Source: a bacterium (GTDB taxonomy: Bacteria; UBA8248; JACPRG01; G963555815). From it: a DNA stretch of 64,000 nt. The stretch lies in contig OZ244653.1 in assembly GCA_965218795.1 (NCBI GenBank), forward strand, positions 2,592,001-2,656,000, read 5' to 3'. Made by a program: the position numbers and the translations under genes. A model generated the notes under the pieces. It did not search any database. It was not told the DNA's origin and was given only the letters and a program-made list of their open reading frames with translations. Below, one piece after another: positions 49,285-59,913 of the stretch. The number at the start of each line of letters is the position of its first letter. Position 1 is the stretch's first letter.

Positions 49285-50331
49285 ATGAGATTTTGTGGGA
49301 ACTCAATTTTTCGGACGGCCATCTTGTTGGGGGTACTCTTGCTGTTCGGTGCTCTCCCAGCGCGTGCGGAGATGACCGAGCTTCACTATACGGAGAACTG
49401 GGTCCTGGGGGCCGAACACATCGGCGATTTTACGGCGCTGGCCAAGGGCTTCTACGAAGCGGAAGGGCTGAAGGTCAAGATCACCCGGGGCTATGGATCG
49501 GCGGACGCAGTGAAGCGTGTTGCTGCAGGGGCGACTAAGATCTCCCGCTCGGCGGCAGAATCGGTAATCTCCGGCCGGGCGGCGGGTGCCAAGATCAAGA
49601 TCATTTTTGTCACCTTTCACAAGGGACCCTACGCAACTGTTTACTTGAAAGGGAAAGGGATCTTACGGCCAAAGGACCTGGAAGGACGCAAGATCGCCCA
49701 AACAGCGGGGGCCTCCAGCACGAAGTTGTGGCCGGCCTACGGCAAGGTCGCTGGATTCGATGCATCGAAAATCGTCAACATCTACATGGGAGGGGCCGCC
49801 TACGTCCCGAGCTTGATCGCCGGAAAAGTGGACGCCACATCGGCATGGCTGGTGAACCTCCCCGCCTACGAAAAAGCGGCAGCGCAGGCGGGATTGACGG
49901 GTAAGTTGGGAACCTTCCTGTGGGCGGATTATGGCCTGCAACTCTATGGGTCGGTGGTCATTGCCTCCGACCAGGTCATCGAATCTGAATCCGATCTGGT
50001 CCGTCGCTACACACGCGCCGCCATGCGAGGATACACATACGCCATCAATCACCCCCAGGAGGGAATTGACGCCTGGATGAAGCACAACGTGGGACGAGCG
50101 CGGGAGGTCATCGAGGGCGAGTTTCGGTTGGTGTTGAAGCTGACCTTCGACGAACGGTTTGAGAAGAACGGGTTGGGCTACGCAGACCCGGGCAAAATGA
50201 AGAACGCGGTCGCCTTGGTCGATAAGTACCTTGGATTGAAGGAACCCTTGAATCCGCGGGACACCTATACCCACGATTTCATCAAGGCAACCCCTCGGAA
50301 GTGGCGTTTTCCAAAGCGCCCGAAGATGTGA
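49285..50331 (+). CDS. ABC substrate-binding protein, NMT1/THI5-like (orphan)
   Basis: Signal peptide, AKGFYEAEGLKV, GYGSADAVK, PKDLEGRKI, LIAGKVDA, YGLQLYG. Confidence 0.88.
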   Translation: MRFCGNSIFRTAILLGVLLLFGALPARAEMTELHYTENWVLGAEHIGDFTALAKGFYEAEGLKVKITRGYGSADAVKRVAAGATKISRSAAESVISGRAAGAKIKIIFVTFHKGPYATVYLKGKGILRPKDLEGRKIAQTAGASSTKLWPAYGKVAGFDASKIVNIYMGGAAYVPSLIAGKVDATSAWLVNLPAYEKAAAQAGLTGKLGTFLWADYGLQLYGSVVIASDQVIESESDLVRRYTRAAMRGYTYAINHPQEGIDAWMKHNVGRAREVIEGEFRLVLKLTFDERFEKNGLGYADPGKMKNAVALVDKYLGLKEPLNPRDTYTHDFIKATPRKWRFPKRPKM

Positions 50332-50618
50332 CCTTTTGGGCAGTGCCTAATTCCTTAAGAATCAATTTTTTCAAGGGGGATGCGTATTTCAACCTGCCGT
50401 TCCTGCGTCTTGAAGTCCGCGACATCCGCCTCATCTGGTGCCAAACCTCTTACAATCGTTTTGTATAAAACGTCTTGATAGTGTGCGAGCCCGCGCAGGC
50501 CACATTCATCCTTCGTTCACCTTTTCAGTTAAGACTACGGTCTGGCCCTACCTTCCGCAGACTCACTTTCCAACAATATCCTCGCCGCCGCATTTCGTTG
50601 GATCGAAGTGCACGCCTT

Positions 50619-50822
50619 CTACGCGGATATCCCTGAGGGACAGCCTCCCCATCGGAGGAATCCAGCCAGAAAGGTGCTTTTTCCCGATCCGGACGCACCC
50701 AGCAGTGAGATCACGTCGCCTTCGCGGGCATCCAGGGTCACGCCCTTGAGCACTTCTTCGCTACCGAAGCGCTTGTGCAGGTCGGATACAACCAGGGCAG
50801 AGGTGTTCGTTGCGTCATTCAT
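50619..50822 (-). pseudogene. N-terminal fragment of polar amino-acid ABC ATPase (HisP-like)
   Basis: [17 protein letters not shown]...[12 protein letters not shown] then unrelated sequence. Confidence 0.8.
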
Positions 50823-50974
50823 TTTGATGAGAGGCGTCAGTCCGGAACGTCATGCCGAATGACCCCTTTCTTTCGGAGATACCAAAGTCTTCTCCCTATG
50901 CGGTAGATGGGGTCCCCCGGAGGGTATGTCTTTTCCTCCGGCTCGCCGCTCCGGGAAGCACCGGGGACGGCTCA

Positions 50975-51185
50975 AGCCGGCCGATGAGCGTTGCGCGCCG
51001 CACGCGGCGTTGCCTTCGGGGCGGACCGCTCGAACTCGCGGGCCAGTTCCGCGGGCGTGCGGCCCGAGCGGACCAGCTCGACTATCTGACGCCGCTACTC
51101 CGGCGCGTAAGGGGAATGAGTTTTCGACATCGGAACACCTCCTGCCCACAGTCTGAAAGTGTCCACCATATCGGGGCCAAATCCA
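50975..51185 (-). mobile_element. IS3-family left end with orfA stub
   Basis: Minus strand tggatttggccccg..gtggacactttcagactgtgggcaggaggtgttccgatgtcgaaaactcattcccc, same end as 51918 and 63587. Confidence 0.75.
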
Positions 51186-51420
51186 GCCGTGCCGCAATCG
51201 AGGCAGGCCGTGCATGGCATCGGCCGCACGCGACATCGCCGGTGCGGCGGAAGGCGCCGCGCTCGGCGTCTGACGATGGTATGAGCCCTATGACCCCGGT
51301 CAAGGTCAGGCAGACTCTTGGGACTAATTGGAAAGAAATGGACGCGATATCAGCCGCTTGGTCGCGTGGAACTTCGGAGCCCAAAGGGGTAAAATATATT
51401 CTTAAGGAGGAAATATCATT

Positions 51421-51900
51421 ATGGGAGCCGAACTTGACCCGGCAGAAATCCAGCGGATGAAGGACGAAGCACACGAAGCATGGAAGAAGGCGCTTGATGA
51501 GCTCCGCCGCAGCCACTCAAAGGTGGCCGCGGCGGCGGCTGCCGCAGTGGGCAGCACCCTGGGTGGCGCGGCATCGTTCACCGCCCTCTACTTCGGGGGG
51601 GCGGTCGTAGGCCTGTCGGCCGCCGGGCTGACCTCCGGGTTGGCGGTAGCAGGCGCTTTGGTCGGTGGCGGAATGGCTGCCGCAGTGTCCGTCCTGGCAG
51701 CGCCGGTGGCCATCTTTGGGGTTGCTGGCTATGCCATCGCCAAGAAACGGAGGAACGCAAAACTGGCGGCGGCGCTGGGCAGAGCGATTGCGAAGCTCTA
51801 CAAAATCCAAAAGCGACTCATTGGGAACGCCGAGCACTTCCGCGAGGAGTTGGCCGAGATCAAAGCTTACATCGACCAACTTACCCTCCAAATGCCGTAA
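51421..51900 (+). CDS. Hypothetical membrane protein with Gly/Ala-rich hydrophobic core and C-terminal coiled coil
   Basis: AAGGAGG RBS; GLSAAGLTSGLAVAGALVGGGMAAAVSVLAAP. Confidence 0.8.
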   Translation: MGAELDPAEIQRMKDEAHEAWKKALDELRRSHSKVAAAAAAAVGSTLGGAASFTALYFGGAVVGLSAAGLTSGLAVAGALVGGGMAAAVSVLAAPVAIFGVAGYAIAKKRRNAKLAAALGRAIAKLYKIQKRLIGNAEHFREELAEIKAYIDQLTLQMP

Positions 51901-51917
51901 GACGGACGCAAGACGAT

Positions 51918-52844
51918 TGGACTTGACCCGTTTTTGTGGACACCTTCAGACTGTGCGCAGGAGGTGTTCAGATGGCAAAGACTCATCCGCCTTACGCGCT
52001 GGCGTACCGGCGCCAGATGGTCGAACTGGTTCGCTCGGGCCGCACGCCCGGGGAGCTGGCTCGCGAGTTCGAGTGTTCCGCTTCGGCGATTCGCAACTGG
52101 GTACGCCAGGCCGATCGGGACGAAGGCCGTCGTGAGGACGGTCTGAGGAGCACGGAGCTCGAGGAACTGCGACGGCTTCGTCGGGAGAATCGCCAGCTTC
52201 GCGAGGAACGGGAGAGCCTACAAAAAAGCTACGGCTTGGTTCGCACGGGAGACCGGCTCGGTACGGGCAAAGTGTTCGAGCTCGTGAGGGCGAATCAGGC
52301 CCATCATCGGGTAGCCACGATGTGCCGGGTGCTGGGTGTCTCTCCCAGCGGGTACTACGCGTGGCGAAGCCGTGGGCGTTCGAATCGTGCGAAGCGCGAC
52401 GAGGAGTTGCGGGGCACGATACGGACCATCCACGATGCCTCTGGAGGCGCCTACGGGGCGCCTCGGGTGCATGCCGAGCTGGTGGCCCAGGGATGCCAAG
52501 TGAGTCGCAAACGGGTAGCTCGCCTGATGCGCGAGGCGGGATTGGCCGGGGTGAGCTGACGCCGAGGCACGGGCACCACGCGCGTGGACCCGAGCCATCG
52601 TGCGATCCCGGACCGGGTCGAACGCCAGTTCCAGGCCGATGGGCCGGACCGGCTTTGGGTGGCCGACATCACCTACGTGTCGACCTGGACGGAGTTCGTG
52701 TAGCTGGCGGTCGTGCTCGACGTGTTCAGCCGCCGGGTGGTGGGATGGTCGATGGCCTCCCATCTTCGTACCGAACTGGTGCTCGGGGCGCTGAACATGG
52801 CGTTGGGACAGCGCCGCCCCCAAGGGGTCGTGCATCATTCCGAC
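51918..52844 (+). mobile_element. IS3-family element, inactivated and truncated
   Basis: IRL tggacttgacccg; orfA MAKTHPPY; orfB SPSGYYAW, YGAPRV, WVADITY, VVGWSM, HHSD; premature stops. Confidence 0.9.
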
Positions 52845-53522
52845 AGTGAGTATGTGAGGGCCGGTTACCTGAGGTGGTCTGACCCGTACCGCGAGTAACG
52901 CATTTAGGCTTGTAGGGCCGGCCGCCCCTGGGTGGCTTGACCCACACTCTGATTGACCGTGGTGTCGTTCCCTGGACTTGTCGGCCACCCAGGGGCAACC
53001 GGTTGAGGTTCCGACCTCGACCGACATCGTGACCTGATGAGAGCCTGGCCCAAGGCGTCCCTTCCCTGTCGTGTCCAAGATCGGCTGAGTTCGGTTCCAT
53101 CCCCTTCACTCACCATAGACGAGGAGGCGGAGATGGCGAACGCGATCGCTGAGGGCACCCAGATCATCGGGGGCGTCGATACCCACCAGGACCTGCACAC
53201 CGCTGCCGTCGTGGACCTCGATGGAGCGGTACTCGGCACCGAATCGTTCTCCACCACCCGGGCCGGCTACCGGGCGATGCTTCGCTGGTTCCGGTCTCAC
53301 GGGGAGTTGCTTCGCGTAGGGGTCGAATCCACGGGGACTTACGGGGCTGGCATTACCCGGCATTTGGCCTTGTCCGGCGTGCCCGTGCTCGAGGTGACCG
53401 GTCCGGACCGGGCCGGGCGAAGAGCCAAGGGCAAGAGCGATGCCCTGGACTCGATCGCGGCGGCTGAGGCGGCTCGAACGAAAATCCGGGTCCAGGTGGC
53501 CAAAGACCGTTCCGGTGCCGTG
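52845..53522 (+). mobile_element. IS110-family element left part: non-coding end plus N-terminal DEDD transposase fragment (ATG 53133)
   Basis: IGGVDTHQDLH, VGVESTGTYGAG, GKSDALDS; truncated at 53522. Confidence 0.85.
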
Positions 53523-53594
53523 TGGATTTGACCCGCTTCGGTGGACACTTTCAGACTTTTATCAGGAGGTGTTCACCAGAACGGGGCAACTCCA
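53523..53594. mobile_element. 72-bp IS3-derived miniature element (two TIRs only)
   Basis: tggatttgacccgcttcggtggacac ... gtgttcaccagaacggggcaactcca; TG...CA ends. Confidence 0.8.
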
Positions 53595-53771
53595 TGCACC
53601 GGGGATTTCCCGGCCGCAACGACGATGCGCCTCAAATGAATTCCGATCGCGCCGGAAGCCTCCGACGGAGCGGAGGAATGTAAGGCAATGATTGACAGCC
53701 CCGCCTTCTCCCGCTACCTTTGGACCGGGCGGTGATGACGCGCTCGATTCCGATCTGGAGGACCGTGACCG

Positions 53772-54110
53772 ATGAGCGAAAGGAACCCGGCCGTGGGCCC
53801 GGTGCATCCGGGAAAACTCCTGCGCGATGATATTCTGCCCGGACTTGCGATGAGCAAGACGGCGGTGGCGGATGCCCTGATGATATCCCGGCAGACGCTT
53901 TACGACATCCTCAACGAGAAGCAGCCGGTCACCGCCGGAATGGCCGTGCGCTTCGGCAAGCTGTTCGGCAACGGCGGCGCCTTCTGGGTCAATCTGCAAC
54001 GCAACCATGATCTGGCGCGCGCCGAGCGGACGGTGGACGTTTCCGGGATACCGACACTGAAGCGTGTCCGGCTTCGCGGTTCCAGTGCGCGCAAGGCGGA
54101 CCGGTCATGA
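53772..54110 (+). CDS. higA: HigA-family addiction module antitoxin (orphan)
   Basis: HPGKLLRDD, HTH ISRQTLYDILNE, VTAGMAVRFGKLFG, FWVNLQ. Confidence 0.9.
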   Translation: MSERNPAVGPVHPGKLLRDDILPGLAMSKTAVADALMISRQTLYDILNEKQPVTAGMAVRFGKLFGNGGAFWVNLQRNHDLARAERTVDVSGIPTLKRVRLRGSSARKADRS

Positions 54111-54345
54111 TGCCGCCGGAGAACCGCGCGCTTCAGGCCATCCTGTTTCATCTCACGTTCCGGCATTCGGACCTCGCCCCGTTCGGGCTGGTCGAGTACC
54201 GCGGCGAGGACGAGGGCACGGACGCCGGGACGGGCATGTCCCATGCCTGGCGCAAGAGCGCGTTGTTCGACCGCTTCCTGGGTTTCGAGGTCCGGCTCGA
54301 AGGCGCCGGCGCGGCGCGGTACTGATGGGCGCGCTCGGGGGACCG

Positions 54346-56163
54346 ATGACAGCCGCGCGCCGGGTGCTCGGGGATGTGTTCGGGTTCGAGGGGTTCCGCC
54401 CCGGCCAGGAAGCGGCCATCGAGGCGCTGCTGGCGGGGCGCAACGTGCTCACGGTGATGCCGACGGGATCGGGCAAGTCGCTGTGCTTTCAGATCCCGGC
54501 CCTGATCATGGAGGGGCTCGCTGTCGTGGTGTCGCCGCTGATCGCGCTGATGCGGGACCAGGTCGCCGCCCTGCGGCTCGCGGGCGTCGCGGCGGACAGC
54601 ATCAACTCCGCCAACGACCGCGGCGACAACATCGCCGTCTGGCGCCGGGCCGCGGCGGGAGAGACCCGTCTTCTCTACATGGCGCCGGAACGGCTGATGA
54701 CCGAGCCGATGCTGGCGGCGCTGGCCCGGCTGCCGGTGACGCTGTTCGTCATCGACGAGGCGCATTGCATCTCCCAGTGGGGGCCGGCCTTCCGGCCGGA
54801 ATACGAGGACCTGTGCCGGTTGCGGGACCTCTTCCCCGAGGTTCCGATCGCCGCGCTGACGGCGACCGCCGATGAAGTGACCCGCGAGGACATCGCCGAT
54901 CGGCTGTTCGGGGGCCGGGTGGAACCCTTCATCCTCGGCTTCGACCGTCCGAACATCAAGCTGTCGGTGGAGATGAAACGCGAGTGGAAGCGGCAGTTGC
55001 TGAGCTTCATCGCGCGCCATGAAGGCGAGAGCGGCATCGTCTACTGCCTGTCGCGCAAGAAGACGGAGGAGACCGCCGCCCTGCTGGCGGCGGACGGAGT
55101 GCGGGCGTTTCCCTATCACGCGGGCATGGAGAAGGAGGACCGGGAGGCGCACCAGAACGTCTTCATGACCGATCCGGGCGTCGTCATCGTCGCCACCATC
55201 GCTTTCGGCATGGGGATCGACAAGGCGGACGTGCGCTACGTCTTCCACACCGATCTGCCGGGCAGCATCGAGGCCTATTACCAGGAGATCGGCCGGGCCG
55301 GACGCGACGGCGCGCCCGCCGAGGCCCACATGCTCTATGGGCTGGCCGATATCCGCATGCGGCGGCAGTTCATCGAGGATGAGGATGCCGGCGCTGAGCG
55401 CAAGCGGCGCGAGCACAAGCGGCTCGACGCCTTGCTCGGCTATTGCGAGGCGCCGTCCTGCCGCCGGGTGGCTCTGCTCGATTACTTCGGCGAGCGGATC
55501 GAGCCTTGCGGCAATTGCGATGCCTGCCTCGACCCGGCCGAGCGCGTCGACGGGACCGAGGATGCGCAGAAGATCCTGTCGGCGGTCTACCACTCGGGCG
55601 AACGGTTCGGCGCGGCGCATGTGATCGATATCCTGCGCGGGACCGAGGCCGAGAAGATCGTGCGCGCCGGTCATCACCGGCTGCCGCCCTTCGGAGTCGG
55701 CGCGGCGCGCGGCAAGAACGAATGGCGCTCGCTGATCCGCCAGATGGTGGCGACCGGGTTTCTGCGGCTCGACATCGCGGGCTATGGCGGGCTCGCGTTC
55801 ACCGGCAAGGGCCGCGCCCTGCTGGGGGGCGAGGGCGAGTTCCACTACCGCGAGGACACGGTGGTTGCACGGCCGTCCGCGGCGCCGCGCGAGACGCGCG
55901 GGAAAGAACCCGAACATCCGCTCAGCGACGATCAGGCGACGCTGCTGGCCGTGCTCAAGGCGTTGCGACTGCAACTTGCCAAGGAGCGCGGCGTACCGGC
56001 CTATATCGTGTTTCCCGACCGCTCGCTGATCGACATGGCGCGCCGGCGCCCGCGCACCGAAGAGGAGTTCGCCGAGGTCAACGGCGTCGGAGCGGCCAAG
56101 CTCGAGGCGTTCGCGGCGCCGTTTCTGGCCGCCATCGACGGCGCGCTGTCCGATGCGGGCTGA
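54346..56163 (+). CDS. recQ: ATP-dependent DNA helicase RecQ
   Basis: FRPGQ, MPTGSGKS, DEAHCISQWG, ALTATA, YYQEIGRAGRDG, Zn CRR..CGNCDAC, RQC and HRDC; alternative start 54325. Confidence 0.95.
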   Translation: MTAARRVLGDVFGFEGFRPGQEAAIEALLAGRNVLTVMPTGSGKSLCFQIPALIMEGLAVVVSPLIALMRDQVAALRLAGVAADSINSANDRGDNIAVWRRAAAGETRLLYMAPERLMTEPMLAALARLPVTLFVIDEAHCISQWGPAFRPEYEDLCRLRDLFPEVPIAALTATADEVTREDIADRLFGGRVEPFILGFDRPNIKLSVEMKREWKRQLLSFIARHEGESGIVYCLSRKKTEETAALLAADGVRAFPYHAGMEKEDREAHQNVFMTDPGVVIVATIAFGMGIDKADVRYVFHTDLPGSIEAYYQEIGRAGRDGAPAEAHMLYGLADIRMRRQFIEDEDAGAERKRREHKRLDALLGYCEAPSCRRVALLDYFGERIEPCGNCDACLDPAERVDGTEDAQKILSAVYHSGERFGAAHVIDILRGTEAEKIVRAGHHRLPPFGVGAARGKNEWRSLIRQMVATGFLRLDIAGYGGLAFTGKGRALLGGEGEFHYREDTVVARPSAAPRETRGKEPEHPLSDDQATLLAVLKALRLQLAKERGVPAYIVFPDRSLIDMARRRPRTEEEFAEVNGVGAAKLEAFAAPFLAAIDGALSDAG

Positions 56164-56214
56164 GCGCCGGCTCCCTGGAACGGGGCCGGTATTGACGGTG
56201 AAGACCGGCTTGCC

Positions 56215-57077
56215 ATGACCGATCAGATCGTCATCACCGAAAAATCCAGCCAGGCGAAGGATGTCCGCGCCGCCGTCGGGTCCCGTTACGGCGCCGTTCT
56301 CCCGGCCGAGGGCCATCTGCTCGACTTGGTCGAGCCGGAGGATGTGAACCCGGCCTGGAAGCGCTGGTCGGCGGTGATGCTGAGGCCCGAAGGGGCTCTA
56401 CGGCACCAAGCCGGCTTCGGGCGGCTACAAGGCGGCGCCAAGCGGGTTTGGCTCGCCACCGATTGCGACCGTGAGGGGCAGCTCATCAGCCAGGAAATCC
56501 TGGAGCATTGCGGCTATCGCGGCGAGGTCCTGAGGGTGCTGTTCACCACGCAGGACGCGCAGACCATCCGCGAGGCGTTCGGTCGCGCCCGACCCAACAG
56601 CGAACACGCCCGCCCCGGCTCCACGACCTGCCCTCGCCGCAGAAGCTTTGCAGCGCCCTGTTCGGCTGGTCGGCTTCCAAGACCCTGGAGGTCACCCAGG
56701 AGCTCTATGACGGCGCGGGTAAGAAGATCCTGACCTATCCGCGCGCCGAGGTGCGCTGCCTGCCGGAGAGCGCGATCGCAGACGCACCGAAGATCGTCGC
56801 CGGGCTGCAAGCCGGGAAATCCTATGGCGCCATCTCCGGGCCGTCGCCGCCGGCGACCCGCAAGGGACAGAACGGCAGCTTCCACGACAAGGGGCTCGAA
56901 GGCGCGAGCCATCACGCGGTCATTCCCAACGTCAACACGATCGTGGATCTAGGCGATATCTGGCCGCGCCTGTCGGGCGACGCGAAGAAGCTGTTCGACG
57001 CCGTCGCGCGTCCGGTTGTTTCAGGAAGACGCGCGGGTCATCGACTGCGGCAAGGGCCGCGCATTTGCCCAAATTAA
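56215..57077 (+). pseudogene. topB: DNA topoisomerase III (type IA), internally deleted and frameshifted
   Basis: ITEKSSQA, AEGHLL, ATDCDREGQLI, QELYD...TYPR, HHAVIP; far shorter than full length. Confidence 0.85.
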
Positions 57078-57182
57078 AATGGTCCATGGCCCCAAAGAAT
57101 TGCGTTTCACAACTCGTGTGAAGTACGCTTATCCTTGCAGGCGATCAAATGGACAACGATTCCTGTTCGAAGCTCCGAGACC

Positions 57183-58073
57183 ATGACGCCCCTTCCACCG
57201 CTTGAATGCCTGCGCTTTTTCGAAGTCGCGGCCCGCCGCGAGAGCTTCGCCAAGGCGGCTGAGGAGCTCAACGTCTCCTCGTCGGCCGTTGCGCACCGCA
57301 TCAAGGTACTCGAAGAGCATCTCGGTGGCGCGCTGTTCGAGCGCGGTTATCGCGGCGTCCGCCTGAACGGGCGCGGCAAGGCGTATCTGAAGGATGTCCA
57401 GCGCATTCTGGCCGAGGTCCGGGTCGCCACGGAACGCCGCCGCGGCGATACCGGGACACAGCGGCTGAAACTGGTTTCGGTCGAGGCCGTGGCCGAGAAG
57501 TGGCTCATGCCGAGGCTCGCGAATTTCAAGCTGTCCCACCCCGGCGTCGTCATCGAGTTGGAGACCAACCATCGCGGCGTCGACCCGGCCAGGCGCGATT
57601 TCGATTTGTGGATCGCCTATGTGGGCGAGACCGCTGCGCCGCGCCCGGAGGGGCTGTTCGAGGAGACGCTGTACGAGGAGGACCTGCTTCCGGTCTGCAG
57701 TCCGGCCCTTATCGAGGCGCGCAGAAGGCCCGTCGCCCCGGCCGACCTGCACGGCTGGCCCCTGCTGTACGATCTCGGATGGGACACCGACTGGCCGTAC
57801 TGGTTCGCGCGCCAGGGCGCACCGTCGCCGGACCTGTCGCGGGCGTCGGGCTTCCGCCTCTACAGCATGGTGGTCGCCGCCGCCGTGGAGGGCATCGGCA
57901 CGGCTATCGGACACTCGCGGGTGATCGAGCAGGAGATGGAACGGGGCGCGCTGGTCCCTGTGTTCGACCGGCAGGTCGAAGCACCCGCGCGGTGCTGCCT
58001 CATCACGACAGCCGACTCGAGGCGCAATCCGGGAGTCCAGGCATTCCGGGACTGGATACTGAAGGAGGCTTGA
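57183..58073 (+). CDS. LysR-family transcriptional regulator (GcvA-like)
   Basis: PPLECLRFFEVAARRESFAKAAEELNVSSSAVAHRIKVLEE, WLMPRL, PVCSP. Confidence 0.93.
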   Translation: MTPLPPLECLRFFEVAARRESFAKAAEELNVSSSAVAHRIKVLEEHLGGALFERGYRGVRLNGRGKAYLKDVQRILAEVRVATERRRGDTGTQRLKLVSVEAVAEKWLMPRLANFKLSHPGVVIELETNHRGVDPARRDFDLWIAYVGETAAPRPEGLFEETLYEEDLLPVCSPALIEARRRPVAPADLHGWPLLYDLGWDTDWPYWFARQGAPSPDLSRASGFRLYSMVVAAAVEGIGTAIGHSRVIEQEMERGALVPVFDRQVEAPARCCLITTADSRRNPGVQAFRDWILKEA

Positions 58074-58354
58074 ACCGGCCGCCGGGGAACAGGACGACGG
58101 GCTTCGTTTCAGGCTGGACGGGGTCGTGAAGCGCCACTCCGCGCCGCCCCGGCGGCACCTCCCCGTCGACGCTCGTGTGAGACATGCTGATACTGGCAGC
58201 TGAATACGATAGCCTTCTGTCCAGTTCAGGGTAGCTCCATAAGCTTGGTGAATAAGCGGGGACTTCTCTTATTCCACGAGACGTTCGCAATGGCCCGGCA
58301 TGTGTGTGTCGGGAAATGGTGTCAACACGTTGATTTGAAAAGAGGCACTTTCTA

Positions 58355-59689
58355 ATGGGGATCGGAAAAATTCATGTTAAGGCCGCGCTGATCGGTGTGG
58401 GCACTGCGATCATCCTGGGCGTTGCGTCGGTCAACGCCGCAGAGATCGACGAGTTGAAGGCGCAGATTGAAGCTCTTCGTGAACGGCTGGCTCGGCTCGA
58501 GGCCTCGCAGAAGCAGGCAGAACTGAAGATGAAATCAGCCGCCTCGGCGAAGGCTGTGGTCGCCGGGAACCGCCCCGGTTCCTGGAAGGTACCGGGGTCC
58601 GACACCTCGCTCTCTTTTGGTGGCTTTGTCAAAGGCGATACGATCTACGACACCCGCAACAATCTCGGCCCCGCCTTTGCTGTCGGTAAAATTGAGCTTG
58701 ATGGCGCCAAATCCGACAGCAAGGACGGGAGTTTCACTTTCCACGCCAGGCAGTCGCGCCTCCGGTTCGACAGCCATACGGCCACGACATGGGGGCCTCT
58801 GACCACGCGGATCGAAACCGATTTCTTCGGTGGCGGCAATGTCCTCAGGCTGCGCCACGCCTATGGCGCGGTCGGCGGAGTGCTCGCGGGGCAGACCTGG
58901 TCGATTCTCATGGAAGAAGACACGTTTGCCTCGACGGTGGATTCCGAGGGACCGGTAGGAATGATCATCTCCCGCAAGCCCCAGTTCCGGTATACCCAAA
59001 ACTTGGGGAAGAATCTCACCGGCCAGATCGCGGTCGAGATACCCAGCGGTACGATCCTGCAGGCGAAATTGAAAGTCGATGACGATGATGACGATAGTGT
59101 TCAAACGTCGGACTCGGGTGACCGGATGCCGAATTTCCTGGCGGCTTTGCGTTACCGGCCTGGCTGGGGCGCTGTCAATTTGAGCGGTGTGCTGCGCGAG
59201 GTCAGTACCGCGGACGACAGCCTGGTCGTCTACGGATTCCATGCAGGCGCGCATGTCAACGTAGCCGAAGGCACCAGGCTGATGGCGACGGTCAACATAG
59301 GCAGCGGCATAGCGGGCTACCTGGTCGGTGGCGGAGCCATCGCGACCTTGAAGGACAGCGGGCTCGAGGGCCAGGCCATGATGGGCGGGTTCGTCGGCAT
59401 CACGCATAGGTGGACCGACAGCTTGCGCTCGGGCCTCCATTACGGATGGGTCAACCACGACACCAATAACGGGTTGGCCGCCAAGGCTGCGGCAACGGAG
59501 AACGCCGAGTTGCGGTCGTTGCACGCCAACGTCTTCTGGAACCCGGTACCGCGGCTCACCGTCGGACTGGAGTTCATGCACGGCTGGCGCGAGGCCAACC
59601 CCCAGGTCGACGGCAAGGTGGTCGACCCGACCAAGACGACGGACGGCCAAGCCTCGCGCATCCAACTCGGCATGAAGTATGACTTCTAG
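58355..59689 (+). CDS. DcaP-family trimeric outer-membrane porin
   Basis: Signal peptide, coiled coil, GGFVKGD, ARQSRL, IETDF, LRLRHAY, LAGQTWS, C-terminal YDF. Confidence 0.88.
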   Translation: MGIGKIHVKAALIGVGTAIILGVASVNAAEIDELKAQIEALRERLARLEASQKQAELKMKSAASAKAVVAGNRPGSWKVPGSDTSLSFGGFVKGDTIYDTRNNLGPAFAVGKIELDGAKSDSKDGSFTFHARQSRLRFDSHTATTWGPLTTRIETDFFGGGNVLRLRHAYGAVGGVLAGQTWSILMEEDTFASTVDSEGPVGMIISRKPQFRYTQNLGKNLTGQIAVEIPSGTILQAKLKVDDDDDDSVQTSDSGDRMPNFLAALRYRPGWGAVNLSGVLREVSTADDSLVVYGFHAGAHVNVAEGTRLMATVNIGSGIAGYLVGGGAIATLKDSGLEGQAMMGGFVGITHRWTDSLRSGLHYGWVNHDTNNGLAAKAAATENAELRSLHANVFWNPVPRLTVGLEFMHGWREANPQVDGKVVDPTKTTDGQASRIQLGMKYDF

Positions 59690-59865
59690 ACGGCCGCCAG
59701 GCGAGTACCTCAATTTCTTTGAAAAAGCTGGCCCTCTGTCCGAGAACCTCCCTCGCGATTCTGATTCTGGAATCGCTGGACGGAGCAAGGTTTCTCCCCG
59801 TGTGGGTGACGTACCCGGAGTGGGCGGTTTTTATTCCGCTGCGGGCGATAATGCAGGGCTTGCAG

Positions 59866-59886
59866 TGTCCGGTAAATTGCCGTACA
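59866..59886. promoter_or_regulatory. Palindromic operator of DUF1778-GNAT TA operon
   Basis: tgtccggtaaattgccgtaca inverted repeat immediately upstream of RBS. Confidence 0.6.
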
Positions 59887-59913
59887 TTGAAAGGAGGCAA
59901 AGGAGATAAGACC

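Noticed and set aside
50815-50832. Fifth copy of the integrase-tail repeat (tcatcaaaatgaa on minus strand)
   Set aside because: Only ~13 bp match, coinciding with the start codon of the hisP-like fragment
54107-54325. 72-aa ORF coupled between higA and recQ
   Set aside because: Overlapping stop/start suggests it may be real, but no family could be assigned; probably a fragment and not a HigB toxin
54148-56316. 722-aa minus-strand ORF and other long antisense ORFs (e.g. 7625-9025, 13133-14548, 58535-59788)
   Set aside because: High-GC antisense shadows of well-supported genes on the opposite strand
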